The notes under the pieces were generated by a model. It made no database searches and was not told the DNA's origin. It saw only the letters and a list, made by a program, of their open reading frames with translations. From positions 32,682-96,681 of the forward strand of contig JAZGGI010000016.1 of the NCBI GenBank assembly GCA_036480375.1: DNA of 64,000 nucleotides. The letters run 5' to 3'. The DNA comes from Candidatus Zixiibacteriota bacterium (GTDB lineage: Bacteria; Zixibacteria; MSB-5A5; GN15; JAAZOE01). The translations under genes and the position numbers were made by a program. Each line of letters begins with the position of its first letter. Within the stretch, counting starts at the first letter, position 1. Shown here piece after piece: positions 8,953 to 18,478 of this stretch.

Positions 8953-10992
8953 ATGAAATCATATTTAAAAATAATTTACTCCATCTCGCTTATCTTGGTG
9001 ATGTTCATTTATTTCTCAGCAGCCGCTGGTAATGCCGTAAAGTATCCTGTTTATGAAAATCATTCGCTTCTTTCTATTAAAAGTCTTTCTGAAGAAAAAT
9101 ATTTACAATTATTGGAGGGAGGGTACGACATAATTCAAGTATCGCCGGATCGGAGTGTGAAAATTCTTGCAGTTGCTGATGAAATCAAAATATTAATTGA
9201 TGCCTTTGGGGCTGTGATAGAAATCGAAGATTTCGAAAATTATCAGCGTCAGGGTCTGGATATGACAAAGGATATGGGAGGATACAGGACTCTCACGCAG
9301 GTCGAAGCGGATTTATTTATCATTTCCTATTTTTTTACCGATATCACGAGGATGGATACGATTGGTTATTCGCTTCAGGGACGACCGATTATCGCGTTGA
9401 AAATATCGGACAACGTTCATGTCGATGAAGATGAACCTGAAATCTTTTTTAATTCACTGACTCATGCCCGCGAACCTATCGGTATGGAGGTGCTGATGTA
9501 TTTTATCGAATACCTCCTTAATAATCAATATAGTCCTGATATTTCGGACTTAATCAATAATACTGAGATGTGGTTCGTGCCGGTCGTGAATCCGGATGGC
9601 TATTTTTATAATGAATCTACTAACCCCGACGGCGGGGGAATGTGGCGCAAGAATTTGCGAGATAATGGGGACGGTACTTTTGGAGTTGATCTAAATAGAA
9701 ATTGGGGCTTTAATTGGGGATATGACAATATTGGATCATCGCCTTCAACTGGTTCAGAAACCTATCGGGGGACAGAATCATTTACCGAACCGGAATCACA
9801 GGTTATTCGCGATTTTATTTTGGCTCATGATTTTCCGGTGATTGTCAATTATCATTGTTATTCAAATATATATCTGATTCCCTGGGATTATCGGGAAGAT
9901 TTGCTAATTCCGGATTTTGCCAACTACGCGCCGATGTTGGATTCGCTGCATGAATTCAATGGGTATGGAGTTTTTGGCTCTCTTTATCCTGTTAACGGGG
10001 GAGTTCTTGATTGGCAATATGGGGAGCAGTTCGAAAAGAAAAAAGTTATCTCATTTTTGCCTGAAGTCGGACCTCCTGAATGGCAATTCTGGCCGCCGAC
10101 GGGTGAAATTGAGAATTTATGTATGGAAAATCTGGAAGCCAATCGGTTTTTCGTACGGGAGGCTCAACGATTATGGAAACGGCCGACTTTTTCACTATCA
10201 ACCGATATAACTCATTTTGAGACAGATATTAATATATGCCAGGCTGAGAATTTTGCCGGCGAAATACCAATTCAGAATAATAGCTTTGACGAGGCGTTAT
10301 ATGTCTCGGTTGATTCTTTAGTCAGCGCGCAGCATCAGGATTTCTTTACGTCCGAGGAAATCGTTTTTGATATGATGCCGAGGGAATATAGAGAGATCAA
10401 TTTTACGTTCTCGCCGCCTGCTCAGTTAGATTATACGGGGGAATTCGGAGCGGTCTTATATCTAAGTGTGTCGCATACACAGGACTTTTCGGATTCCGAT
10501 GTTTTGAGTTTTCTTATTCTGATAGACGTCTTTGAAGAAGGAAGCGACGGCGACATTATTCCCGATGAATGCGATAATTGTCCGCTGGTCGCCAACTCGA
10601 ATCAAATAGATACCGATGGAGATATGCTGGGGGATTCGTGCGACAATTGTTTTGACGAAATAAATCCCGATCAGGAAGACCGTGACGCTGATGGAATCGG
10701 CGATGCCTGCGATAATTGTCCCGATGATTTTAATCCGGAGCAGGAAGACGTGGATCAGAATGATATAGGCGATGCCTGCGATATCCCGTGCGGGGACGCT
10801 AACAATGACAATGCAGTCAATGTCGGCGATGCTGTTTATATAATCAACACGATTTTCAAAGGAGGTCCCGAACCTCCGACGCTTACCGCCGGTGACCCGA
10901 ATTGCGATGGACAATCGAACGTCGGTGATGCCGTGTATTTAATAAATCATATATTTAAAAATGGATTCGCGCCCTGTTTATTTTGTAAATAG
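8953..10992 (+). CDS. secreted M14 zinc carboxypeptidase with thrombospondin-type-3-like Ca-binding repeats and C-terminal dockerin
   Basis: Signal peptide and M14 motifs (THAREPIG, NPDG, DLNRNW, HCYSNIYLIPW). DxDxDGxGDxCDNCP repeats at ~10545-10785. Two-segment dockerin at 10789-10989 (GDANNDNAVNVGDAVYIINTIFKGGP / GDPNCDGQSNVGDAVYLINHIFKNG). Confidence 0.85.
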   Translation: MKSYLKIIYSISLILVMFIYFSAAAGNAVKYPVYENHSLLSIKSLSEEKYLQLLEGGYDIIQVSPDRSVKILAVADEIKILIDAFGAVIEIEDFENYQRQGLDMTKDMGGYRTLTQVEADLFIISYFFTDITRMDTIGYSLQGRPIIALKISDNVHVDEDEPEIFFNSLTHAREPIGMEVLMYFIEYLLNNQYSPDISDLINNTEMWFVPVVNPDGYFYNESTNPDGGGMWRKNLRDNGDGTFGVDLNRNWGFNWGYDNIGSSPSTGSETYRGTESFTEPESQVIRDFILAHDFPVIVNYHCYSNIYLIPWDYREDLLIPDFANYAPMLDSLHEFNGYGVFGSLYPVNGGVLDWQYGEQFEKKKVISFLPEVGPPEWQFWPPTGEIENLCMENLEANRFFVREAQRLWKRPTFSLSTDITHFETDINICQAENFAGEIPIQNNSFDEALYVSVDSLVSAQHQDFFTSEEIVFDMMPREYREINFTFSPPAQLDYTGEFGAVLYLSVSHTQDFSDSDVLSFLILIDVFEEGSDGDIIPDECDNCPLVANSNQIDTDGDMLGDSCDNCFDEINPDQEDRDADGIGDACDNCPDDFNPEQEDVDQNDIGDACDIPCGDANNDNAVNVGDAVYIINTIFKGGPEPPTLTAGDPNCDGQSNVGDAVYLINHIFKNGFAPCLFCK

Positions 10993-11033
10993 TATTTAAA
11001 CCCGAAGATCAAATATCAAATCATGTTTGAATA

Positions 11034-11909
11034 TCACGCCGATGCGTCTACAAGCTGAGATTCTAAATTAGGCTCCATGACCGTATTCATATCGTTATAG
11101 ATATTCAGGAATTTGTCGTACGCTTTGCCGTTACCGCTGGGTTCGGATAATTCCGGCAGGACAGAGATCGAGCTTAGCTGGGAATTGAGATTATCTAATT
11201 CCGAAACGAATAATTCCTGTAGCGCCGCCCAGAATTGTTGCAGGATTATTTGGCTTGAATCGACCGCAGTTTCTGTGGATATTTCCTCATTAATATCGGC
11301 TTCAATATCGTCTGGTTGGCTAACAGGCGGTTGGAGTTGTTCGTTTTTGGCTGTTTGTGTCTCTTTAGGAATTTCTTCGGGGATTTCCGCCGTATAAGGT
11401 CCGATAAATGCATCAAAAGCGGTTTGCAGAGTTCCGGTTAGGTTTTTAATCTCACCTTCATCATTATTGATTAATTCAGATGAGACCGTTTCCAATTTAT
11501 TGCCTAATGCCTCGACGGTTTCGATAATTATGGCACTAATTTCAGGTTCGGGATTTTCAGATTCCAGAAGCTCGGTCATTCCCGTTGATATCGCATTTAT
11601 CATTTCGGTGACGCCCGCATCGGCGCTTTCTATTAGTTTTTGATTCTCGAGAGCTTGTATTTCTTCATGGAAATTGATTCGCAGGCGAATATCGGAGACG
11701 CTCTTAAAATGACCTTCCTGCAGTAACCTGAGGACGCCTTTTGTTTTTTGACCTTCGCCGTCGCTGGAATCTGAAATAGTAACCGTAGATTGTTCACCGG
11801 AATCATCTTCGGAAATAAGGTCGTCTTCAACAATAGCTTCATCGTTTTGCGGGATACAGGTCATAGTTGCAACGGTATTGATTGAACTGGTTATTGGGTT
11901 GATTTCCAT
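11034..11909 (-). CDS. highly acidic hypothetical protein
   Basis: Start moved to MEINP (11909) because of a strong AAAGGAGGG RBS. This removes the overlap with the + strand gene at 12050. The protein is D/E/S-rich with no recognisable domain. Confidence 0.55.
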   Translation of the reverse strand: MEINPITSSINTVATMTCIPQNDEAIVEDDLISEDDSGEQSTVTISDSSDGEGQKTKGVLRLLQEGHFKSVSDIRLRINFHEEIQALENQKLIESADAGVTEMINAISTGMTELLESENPEPEISAIIIETVEALGNKLETVSSELINNDEGEIKNLTGTLQTAFDAFIGPYTAEIPEEIPKETQTAKNEQLQPPVSQPDDIEADINEEISTETAVDSSQIILQQFWAALQELFVSELDNLNSQLSSISVLPELSEPSGNGKAYDKFLNIYNDMNTVMEPNLESQLVDASA

Positions 11910-12049
11910 AACGCCCTCCTTTTGGCCCTGGCTATCATTTCCTATATTTTTTGTATCGGCCGAATGAAGAAATTTGTTTACATGGCTGTAGTTCAAAAAT
12001 AGAAGTAAAAAATTATTGCTAATCGATAAAGAGTTTAGTAAGGAATGAT

Positions 12050-12376
12050 ATGAGCGCAAAGAAACAAAAGAGTTTTCATCAAAAGGCGGTCGAGATTATA
12101 AAGAAAATTCCGCGGGGCAAGGTCGCCACATACGGCCTGATAGCCGCTTTAGCCGGAAGTCCGCGGGCGGCGCGGCAAGTGGTTCGGGCTTTACATACCA
12201 GTTCTCGCAAAGAAAAACTCCCCTGGCACAGGGTTATAAACAGTCAGGGCAAGATAGGATTGAAGCCGGGTGAAGGGTATGAGTTGCAAAGACAATTACT
12301 TCAGGATGAAGGCGTTATTTTTAAAGCAAATGACTCCGTTGACTTAGGCAAATACCTCTGGTCGCCGGAGTCATGA
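12050..12376 (+). CDS. alkyltransferase-like (ATL) protein, MGMT DNA-binding domain without the acceptor Cys
   Basis: TYGLIA helix-turn-helix region. The active-site motif reads LPWHRVIN (Trp in place of the PCHRV cysteine). 108 aa. Confidence 0.75.
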   Translation: MSAKKQKSFHQKAVEIIKKIPRGKVATYGLIAALAGSPRAARQVVRALHTSSRKEKLPWHRVINSQGKIGLKPGEGYELQRQLLQDEGVIFKANDSVDLGKYLWSPES

Positions 12377-12380
12377 TTTT

Positions 12381-13559
12381 TTAATCACAAACTTGCCGGA
12401 AGACGCGCATGAAATTTCCGCCGAGAATCTTCTTGATATCCTGTTCGCTATAACCTCTTTTAACCAGTTCGGCGGTCACATTGGGTACCATCGAACAGTC
12501 GGTCAATCCATCCGGAAGGGTTGGAATTCCATCAAAATCCGACCCGAGGCCGACATGATCGGCACCGACAAGATTGACAATATGATCGATATGGTCGACC
12601 ACGGTTGCAGCATTCACTTCGACGCTTGCTGTCGCGGCGCGAACCTGCCGGTACATGTTTCTCCGTGCTTCTCTCCAAAGAGAATCATTCCCCTCGTATT
12701 CCTGGCGCAACGAATCATAGATCGGTCCTAAAGCGTCCCAGGCGGAATCCGATATCCGGCTGATTTCGCCTGACAAGTATCCCGTGTAGAAATTAATACC
12801 TATCATCCCATCGTTTTCGGCGATAGCCTTAATCTGTTCATCGGTGAGATTTCTGTCATGCGGGCATAAGTCATAAACGCATGAATGTGAGGCTATTACC
12901 GGATCTTTTGTGGTTTTTAGAATTTCCTCAACGGTCAGCGGATGGGCGTGTGAAATATCAATGATCATTCCAAGGTCATTCATTTTCCTTACGACTTCGC
13001 GGCCAAAATCGGTAAGTCCGTTGAAGGCGGGAGCCGTGTCGGCAGATGAGATACACCAGTCATTTGAGGCGGTATGGGTAAGTGTCAAATACCTGACTCC
13101 GCGATTGTAGAAATGCTCAAGATTTTCAAGGCTGTTGGCTATGGCGACGCCGTTCTCGATGCCGATAAACGCCGCGATTTTTCCTTCACCGATAATTCGC
13201 TCGGCTTCGTTAGCGGCGTTACAAACCTCAATTCTGTCATTGTTTCTGGAAAACTGAGCCTGCATAGAGTCAATTATCTTATCCGCCCGTTGTCTGCATT
13301 CCTCTATCGGAGTATCTGTTGAAAGAAAACAGGCGAAAACCTGCAGGTCAACGCCGCCATCTGCAAGGCGGGGTAAATCCATGTGGCCAGCGGTATCGCG
13401 TTGAGAAATGTCATAACTTCTCATCATTTTTAGGGCTGTATCGCTATGTAAATCAACGACGATAGCGTCATTATGCAGCTTTAGATAATCGATTTGATTA
13501 TCACTACAGCCAAAGAAAGCCCCCAGAATCAATATCAGCGTAAGTAGTGATTTTTTCAT
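12381..13559 (-). CDS. membrane/renal-type dipeptidase (peptidase M19), lipoprotein
   Basis: Lipobox LGAFFGC, N-terminal VVDLHSD metal motif, and an M19-like sequence through GLGSDFDG. Start at MKKSLL (13559). Confidence 0.85.
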   Translation of the reverse strand: MKKSLLTLILILGAFFGCSDNQIDYLKLHNDAIVVDLHSDTALKMMRSYDISQRDTAGHMDLPRLADGGVDLQVFACFLSTDTPIEECRQRADKIIDSMQAQFSRNNDRIEVCNAANEAERIIGEGKIAAFIGIENGVAIANSLENLEHFYNRGVRYLTLTHTASNDWCISSADTAPAFNGLTDFGREVVRKMNDLGMIIDISHAHPLTVEEILKTTKDPVIASHSCVYDLCPHDRNLTDEQIKAIAENDGMIGINFYTGYLSGEISRISDSAWDALGPIYDSLRQEYEGNDSLWREARRNMYRQVRAATASVEVNAATVVDHIDHIVNLVGADHVGLGSDFDGIPTLPDGLTDCSMVPNVTAELVKRGYSEQDIKKILGGNFMRVFRQVCD

Positions 13560-13777
13560 AATGCGGATTATAGCATAAAATAGATAAATGCACAAGCTTA
13601 TAAGCCCAAAAGGGGCAAAAACGGCTGGTTTATAGACTGTAATAATCGGTTGACATTTATGAAATTATAGCTATCATTATGGTAAGTAGAAAACCGGTTT
13701 TTGGTCTAACCTTAGTAAGATAACGCCCCAGATATGGTTTTGAGTTCTCTATTTTTATTGTTTTGGGAGGTTTCGAC

Positions 13778-15199
13778 GTGAATTCGTTTGTAAAATTAGT
13801 ACCGCGCATTTTAGTACTTATTTTCTTACTTGGTCTGCCCATTTTTGCAATTGGCGCTGATACTTATCCTGTTAAAATTCCCGATCAACAACGAGTAATT
13901 ATTGAATCAAAATGGAAAAACGCTCAAACTTCTCCAATTGCTTTATCCGCTGACGATTGTCAGAATTTCACTATGTCAGGAACGCCTTATTTTATCTGGG
14001 AACTGCCGAATAATTTTGATCTCGATTCGCTCTTTATGCCGATTCAAAATCCCGCGCCTTTGCTGAAAATCGCGCGGCTTAATGAAATTCGAGTCTGGGT
14101 TTACGCTCCGGCCTACGTTGGAACTCCGGATCTCGACGTGGTAATTTGGCAATATCAATCCTCCGGATATCCGGGTGCGGAATTGGCCCGGGTTACGATT
14201 CCATTTAATGATTTGCCTCGTGAAACGGGAGTCGCTATTGCTGATTTTTCCGCTTTTAATTTGGAATACGCCGCCGGAGATATGATTATTTGCGGAGTTA
14301 CCAACTCAGGATCAGACGGCGAGATTCTGGCAATTATGAGCGATGATGGCAATTTCCCGGGATTTCCCGGGGGAGGTAGTTATCAGGGTGTTTGGCGTCT
14401 GATGGACGACCTTTATGGAATAGAATATAACTTTAACTTTGAAGCGACCTTCTGCTGGGACGCTCCGGATAATGACAATGACGGTATCGCCAATAAATAT
14501 GATAATTGTCCCGAAACCTATAATCCCGACCAGAGTGATACCGATGGTGACGGAATCGGAGACGTTTGCGATTATTTATGCGGTGACGCCGACGGTAACG
14601 GCAGTACCGATGTCGGCGACGCGGTTTATATTATAGAATATGTGTTCAATTTCGGCCCGTCTCCGACACCTTTAAGCGCGGGCGACGCCAATGCCGACGG
14701 CAATACCGATATCGGCGACGCGGTCACGATAATTAATCACGTTTTCAAATTCGGCCCCGAGCCAATATGTCCCACATATCCGGATGTTGTAACGACTCAG
14801 TATTATTGCAAAGATTTACCCGGTTCTGAAAAATCGGGAGCTTACGCGGCCAGTCAGGATTGCATTCACTGGTCTTATGACGGTGAATCAATTCTTCATC
14901 TTACTCACGAAAACGCTGCTTTCAATTGCTGTCCCGATGAGCTAAATGTCGTGATTCTTCAAAAGAAAAAAGAATTCTGGCTAACCGAACAGGAAGTTCT
15001 TGAAGATGGCGGTTGCGACTGTATCTGTCTTTATGATTTCGAATATGATCTTAAACGATTGCCGCCCGGAAATTATACGATAACCATCAACGGCATGTAT
15101 CTGAATGGACAGGAGCCGCTAAGTTTTACGGTGGAATTGACCGATGAGCCCAGTTCCGGTTCATATTGCGTTGAGCGAGTCTTGTATCCCTGGAAATAG
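13778..15199 (+). CDS. secreted protein: unknown N-terminal domain, TSP3-like repeat, dockerin, then a novel Cys-containing C-terminal domain
   Basis: GTG start at 13778 lies 7 nt after GGGAGG; signal peptide present. DNDNDGIANKYDNCPETYNPDQSDTDGDGIGDVCD. Dockerin at 14579-14773. The C-terminal ~135 aa are paralogous to the tail of the 18479-19096 product. Confidence 0.75.
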   Translation: MNSFVKLVPRILVLIFLLGLPIFAIGADTYPVKIPDQQRVIIESKWKNAQTSPIALSADDCQNFTMSGTPYFIWELPNNFDLDSLFMPIQNPAPLLKIARLNEIRVWVYAPAYVGTPDLDVVIWQYQSSGYPGAELARVTIPFNDLPRETGVAIADFSAFNLEYAAGDMIICGVTNSGSDGEILAIMSDDGNFPGFPGGGSYQGVWRLMDDLYGIEYNFNFEATFCWDAPDNDNDGIANKYDNCPETYNPDQSDTDGDGIGDVCDYLCGDADGNGSTDVGDAVYIIEYVFNFGPSPTPLSAGDANADGNTDIGDAVTIINHVFKFGPEPICPTYPDVVTTQYYCKDLPGSEKSGAYAASQDCIHWSYDGESILHLTHENAAFNCCPDELNVVILQKKKEFWLTEQEVLEDGGCDCICLYDFEYDLKRLPPGNYTITINGMYLNGQEPLSFTVELTDEPSSGSYCVERVLYPWK

Positions 15200-15446
15200 A
15201 AAACCTGAGTAGAAGTATTATTTTTTAAATGCCTGCCAACTCCATCCGGTTTTTGTCTGAGATAATCGCCCCAAGCCGGGGAAGGGGAAATGGGGGGCGA
15301 AAACGAGTAAATTATCCCAAACCGCTTCATCAAGAATTTGTTGCTTGAATTTAACCGCTTCATAAGGGTAAAAATATTTATAAGCGACAATAATTGTCAT
15401 ATATATACTCGTTGATACCAATAAATTACAGTTAATTATTATAAAG

Positions 15447-15521
15447 CCGGTATCAAAAACCTAAGCCAAGCTCAACTCGGGTTCGATTTTGTAGGGAATC
15501 TGAAATCGCAAATGAAGGAGT
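15447..15521 (-). pseudogene. ~75-bp fragment duplicating the 5' part of the adjacent OMP gene
   Basis: Matches 16107-16181 with a handful of mismatches, offset exactly 660 bp. Corresponds to codons ~19-43 of the OMP and ends in an in-frame TGA. Confidence 0.6.
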
Positions 15522-15578
15522 AATTATATTATCCAGGCAAAATGCAAATTAAGTCCGGATGGATTAAATGCATCAAAT

Positions 15579-16235
15579 CTAATTGCCAAAAAGATAGCTA
15601 ATGCTTAATCCCAAATAGCCGCCGCCATGATTGACCCTTCCGCCAATGGGTTCAGAAAAATCGGACATAAAATTGTAACCGCCGTTAAATCCGAGCATGA
15701 ATCGATGACTAAGCTGAGTATCAAGTCCCGCCGATAGGTTCCCTCCAAAAGCCGATGCCGATTTGGATGTTATCGAAATTCCGGTCAGGCCGATCGTTTG
15801 TCCCGATTCGTGCCCGGCATATCGGCCGATTGCGGCGGCAATATATAAACGAGATTTGCTTTCAAGCGAATTAACAAAGGGGTAAAACCTGCTACCTATT
15901 AAGACCGAATTAACCAGGGCTGTATAATTCTTGACTCCTAAAATGCCTGCCTTTGTTTCCAGTCCCAACGAATTGAAATTTACCAGGGCCGTAAGTGAGA
16001 TATTCTCGGTTAGCCAATGGCTCAATCCGACCCAGCCCAGTGGCCCGCCGGCGTCGAGAGTTGTCTGCACTCCGCTTATATCAGTTTTAGCTGTCACAGA
16101 ACTGCCCCGATGCCAAAAACCTAAGCCAAGTTCAATTCGGGTTCGATTTTGTAGGGAATCTGAAACCGCAAATGAAGTCATTAAAGCACAAACAAAAATC
16201 AGCGATAGTGTTGTTCGTAATACTATAGAATTCAT
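15579..16235 (-). CDS. outer-membrane beta-barrel protein (OmpA-like/OmpW-like barrel)
   Basis: AAGGAG RBS, signal peptide, alternating-residue beta-strand pattern, and a C-terminal aromatic ending (ISYLFGN). Confidence 0.7.
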   Translation of the reverse strand: MNSIVLRTTLSLIFVCALMTSFAVSDSLQNRTRIELGLGFWHRGSSVTAKTDISGVQTTLDAGGPLGWVGLSHWLTENISLTALVNFNSLGLETKAGILGVKNYTALVNSVLIGSRFYPFVNSLESKSRLYIAAAIGRYAGHESGQTIGLTGISITSKSASAFGGNLSAGLDTQLSHRFMLGFNGGYNFMSDFSEPIGGRVNHGGGYLGLSISYLFGN

Positions 16236-16402
16236 GAATTCTCCTTCGAAATCACTCTTAGCTATATATGATTTTAGACGAAAATGTAAGCACTTTGTTA
16301 CGTTTTAATTGAAATATTAGTAATATCTTTCGACAATTTCATGGAGGAAATTTAATTAAGATTTGAACCGATCAATATAATTAAAAAATTAGGGATTGGG
16401 AA

Positions 16403-16576
16403 ATGAATAAAATCAAACAATGCCAATGCTGCCGGGATTATTGCCCCAATGTAGATAATGTCGAGTTATGCCCCAATGATTGTTATTTTGCGCCTTTCCG
16501 GCGATTTTTGCTGCGACTTATGGGCCATCGATATAAGCGGGAATTGTCAGAAAGTCCTGATTCCAAAAATTTAAAA
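16403..16576 (+). CDS. possible 57-aa Cys-rich small protein (not in ORF track)
   Basis: ATG at 16403 translates to MNKIKQCQCCRDYCPNVDNVELCPNDCYFAPFRRFLLRLMGHRYKRELSESPDSKNL. It has 7 Cys in the first 27 residues and only a weak RBS. Confidence 0.3.
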
Positions 16577-16915
16577 TGACTGAATCGCTTCATCGAGCGA
16601 ATCGCAGGCTTTGAATACGGATGCTAATTTCGTAATGACCAAAATAGATTGAATTTTTTCGGTAACGTTGGCCAAAAGCAATTCGCCGCCGGAATTGCGA
16701 ATTGTTTTTAGGGCGGATATCAATACGGCCAGACCGCTGGAGTTCATCCACTTGACTTTGGCAAGGTCAACTATGAATTTTTGTTTTCCGGAATCTATAT
16801 TGTCTTTGAGCAATTCCTGAAATGAAATCGACTCAGGGCCGCCCATCAGCTTCCCTTGGGGGGTGATAATCAAAATGTCGTTTACTTCGCGGATACTTGG
16901 TTCCATATTAAACAC
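16571..16915 (-). CDS. STAS-domain anti-sigma-factor antagonist (SpoIIAA-like)
   Basis: 114 aa with a STAS pattern that includes the conserved phosphorylatable-Ser region (VKWMNSSGLAVLISAL). The start may instead be the ATG at 16906. Confidence 0.8.
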   Translation of the reverse strand: MFNMEPSIREVNDILIITPQGKLMGGPESISFQELLKDNIDSGKQKFIVDLAKVKWMNSSGLAVLISALKTIRNSGGELLLANVTEKIQSILVITKLASVFKACDSLDEAIQSF

Positions 16916-17072
16916 TAATTCTTTCAGATTTAATACATCCTAAGATAGTAATGTAAAATTATAAAATCAAGCATTTGCCTGTCAGGAATTACAAAGGTTC
17001 CGAGTATTCATTTATAAATGAATACTCGAAGATGTTTATCCTATTTGTCAGCCAGGGCAATTAATCTTTTGA

Positions 17073-18326
17073 TTAATCGCTCTTGAGTTTTTCTAATAAT
17101 TCTTTTGCCATCTGAAATTCTGAATTTAATTCGAGGGACTTCTCGCAGTTATAAAGAGCCTTTTCTTTATTTCCCCGCTCGTCGTAGGCCTTGGCTAATA
17201 CATAATGAGAATAATATCCATAATATACAGAGGGATACTCCGATATATTTAACTCCAGCAGTTTAATAGCGTCTTCCACCTTGCCTTTGCCCAAATATTT
17301 ATCGGCGATTACCAATAAAACCGCATCTGAAATATTGTATTCATCAGCGTGATTGAGTTTTATATCGCCAAATAACGAAAGCCCAGCTTCCACACCGCCG
17401 TCCTTGATAGCATAGTAGAGCGGTTTGAAAATATTTTTCTTTTCAGGCTCCCCTTTGGTTTCGTATCCGCTGACGATATAATTTATCCAATCGTTGACGC
17501 TGACATAACTTCCGGCATATGATTTCCACTTATCTATTACCTTTTCTTCCTGTAAGGTTGCCAGGTCTTTTCCTGCTTCCAGACCTTTGCCTATAATATC
17601 AATTGTTGATTCAAGCATTTCAAGATAGGGGTGAAATTCCTGCCAGCCGCCGTTATCGTTATGACCGGAAACGATAACTGCATCTTTGGGCACAATTTCA
17701 ATCGCCCTGCGGATAATTTCCGGAAATTTAAACACATCACCGTCAGAATCTATAGATGGGAAATTAAATCCATTACAAAGGGAGCTTAAATGGACTATTT
17801 TTGATTCGGTAAAGTGGACGATTATTTCATTATCGTCGTGGCTGCCGCCCATATCAATGATTCTGATTCTTTCCCCATTGAAGAATAATGAAATCGAATC
17901 GGCTAATGTGATATCGGGGTAGGTAGCGGGAGGGAATTCTTCAATAATATGTGATCTCGAGATGAGTTTTGAGGGATAGAGTTCATGGGCGATAACGACC
18001 GGGTTAGTTCCAAATATAGCGTTGCCTCCAATGTGTTCAATATGGCTGTGCGTATTGATAATGTATTTTGGCGCGCCCTTGCCGAATGAATCTATAATCT
18101 GCTTTAATTCTTCGGCCTCATTTTCAGTCTGGGTGTCAACAATTAGAATCCCATCTTCACCGACAGATACCAGCGTATTGGTAGTATAGTCACCCTGGTC
18201 GGATGATATTTGATAGATTTTATCAGTTAGCCGAACAGTTGTCAGGAGCTGCTCTTCCTGAGCATGAGTATTGACGCCAATAATACTCACCGAAATCAAA
18301 ATTGCGAAAATTTGCAAATGTTTCAT
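17073..18326 (-). CDS. secreted MBL-fold metallo-hydrolase with C-terminal TPR repeats
   Basis: GGAGG RBS, signal peptide, metal motif INTHSHIEHIGGN, and a TPR-like C-terminus (KVEDAIKLLELNISEYP...EKALYNCEKSLELN). Confidence 0.75.
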   Translation of the reverse strand: MKHLQIFAILISVSIIGVNTHAQEEQLLTTVRLTDKIYQISSDQGDYTTNTLVSVGEDGILIVDTQTENEAEELKQIIDSFGKGAPKYIINTHSHIEHIGGNAIFGTNPVVIAHELYPSKLISRSHIIEEFPPATYPDITLADSISLFFNGERIRIIDMGGSHDDNEIIVHFTESKIVHLSSLCNGFNFPSIDSDGDVFKFPEIIRRAIEIVPKDAVIVSGHNDNGGWQEFHPYLEMLESTIDIIGKGLEAGKDLATLQEEKVIDKWKSYAGSYVSVNDWINYIVSGYETKGEPEKKNIFKPLYYAIKDGGVEAGLSLFGDIKLNHADEYNISDAVLLVIADKYLGKGKVEDAIKLLELNISEYPSVYYGYYSHYVLAKAYDERGNKEKALYNCEKSLELNSEFQMAKELLEKLKSD

Positions 18327-18478
18327 TTTACCTCCTTTTTGTAATAGACTTATTTCCCGTAGAAAATGTTTAATTTTGAGTAGTATTTTCTATCTAAGGC
18401 AGGTTTGCAAAAAACTATTTGACATTTTAATTCTGTAATCGTCATATATACTAGAAATAGACAATGGAGGATTAGAAC

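Noticed and set aside
11910-12059. ORF-track N-terminal extension of the acidic protein, overlapping the ATL gene start. Similar extensions occur at 4873-4902, 8719-8769, 13560-13595, 21421-21432, 22832-22936, 28054-28068, 32137-32169 and 40390-40437.
   Set aside because: In each case an internal ATG with a GGAGG-type RBS, followed by a signal peptide or lipobox, gives a better start. The extensions contain the RBS itself or implausible leader peptides.
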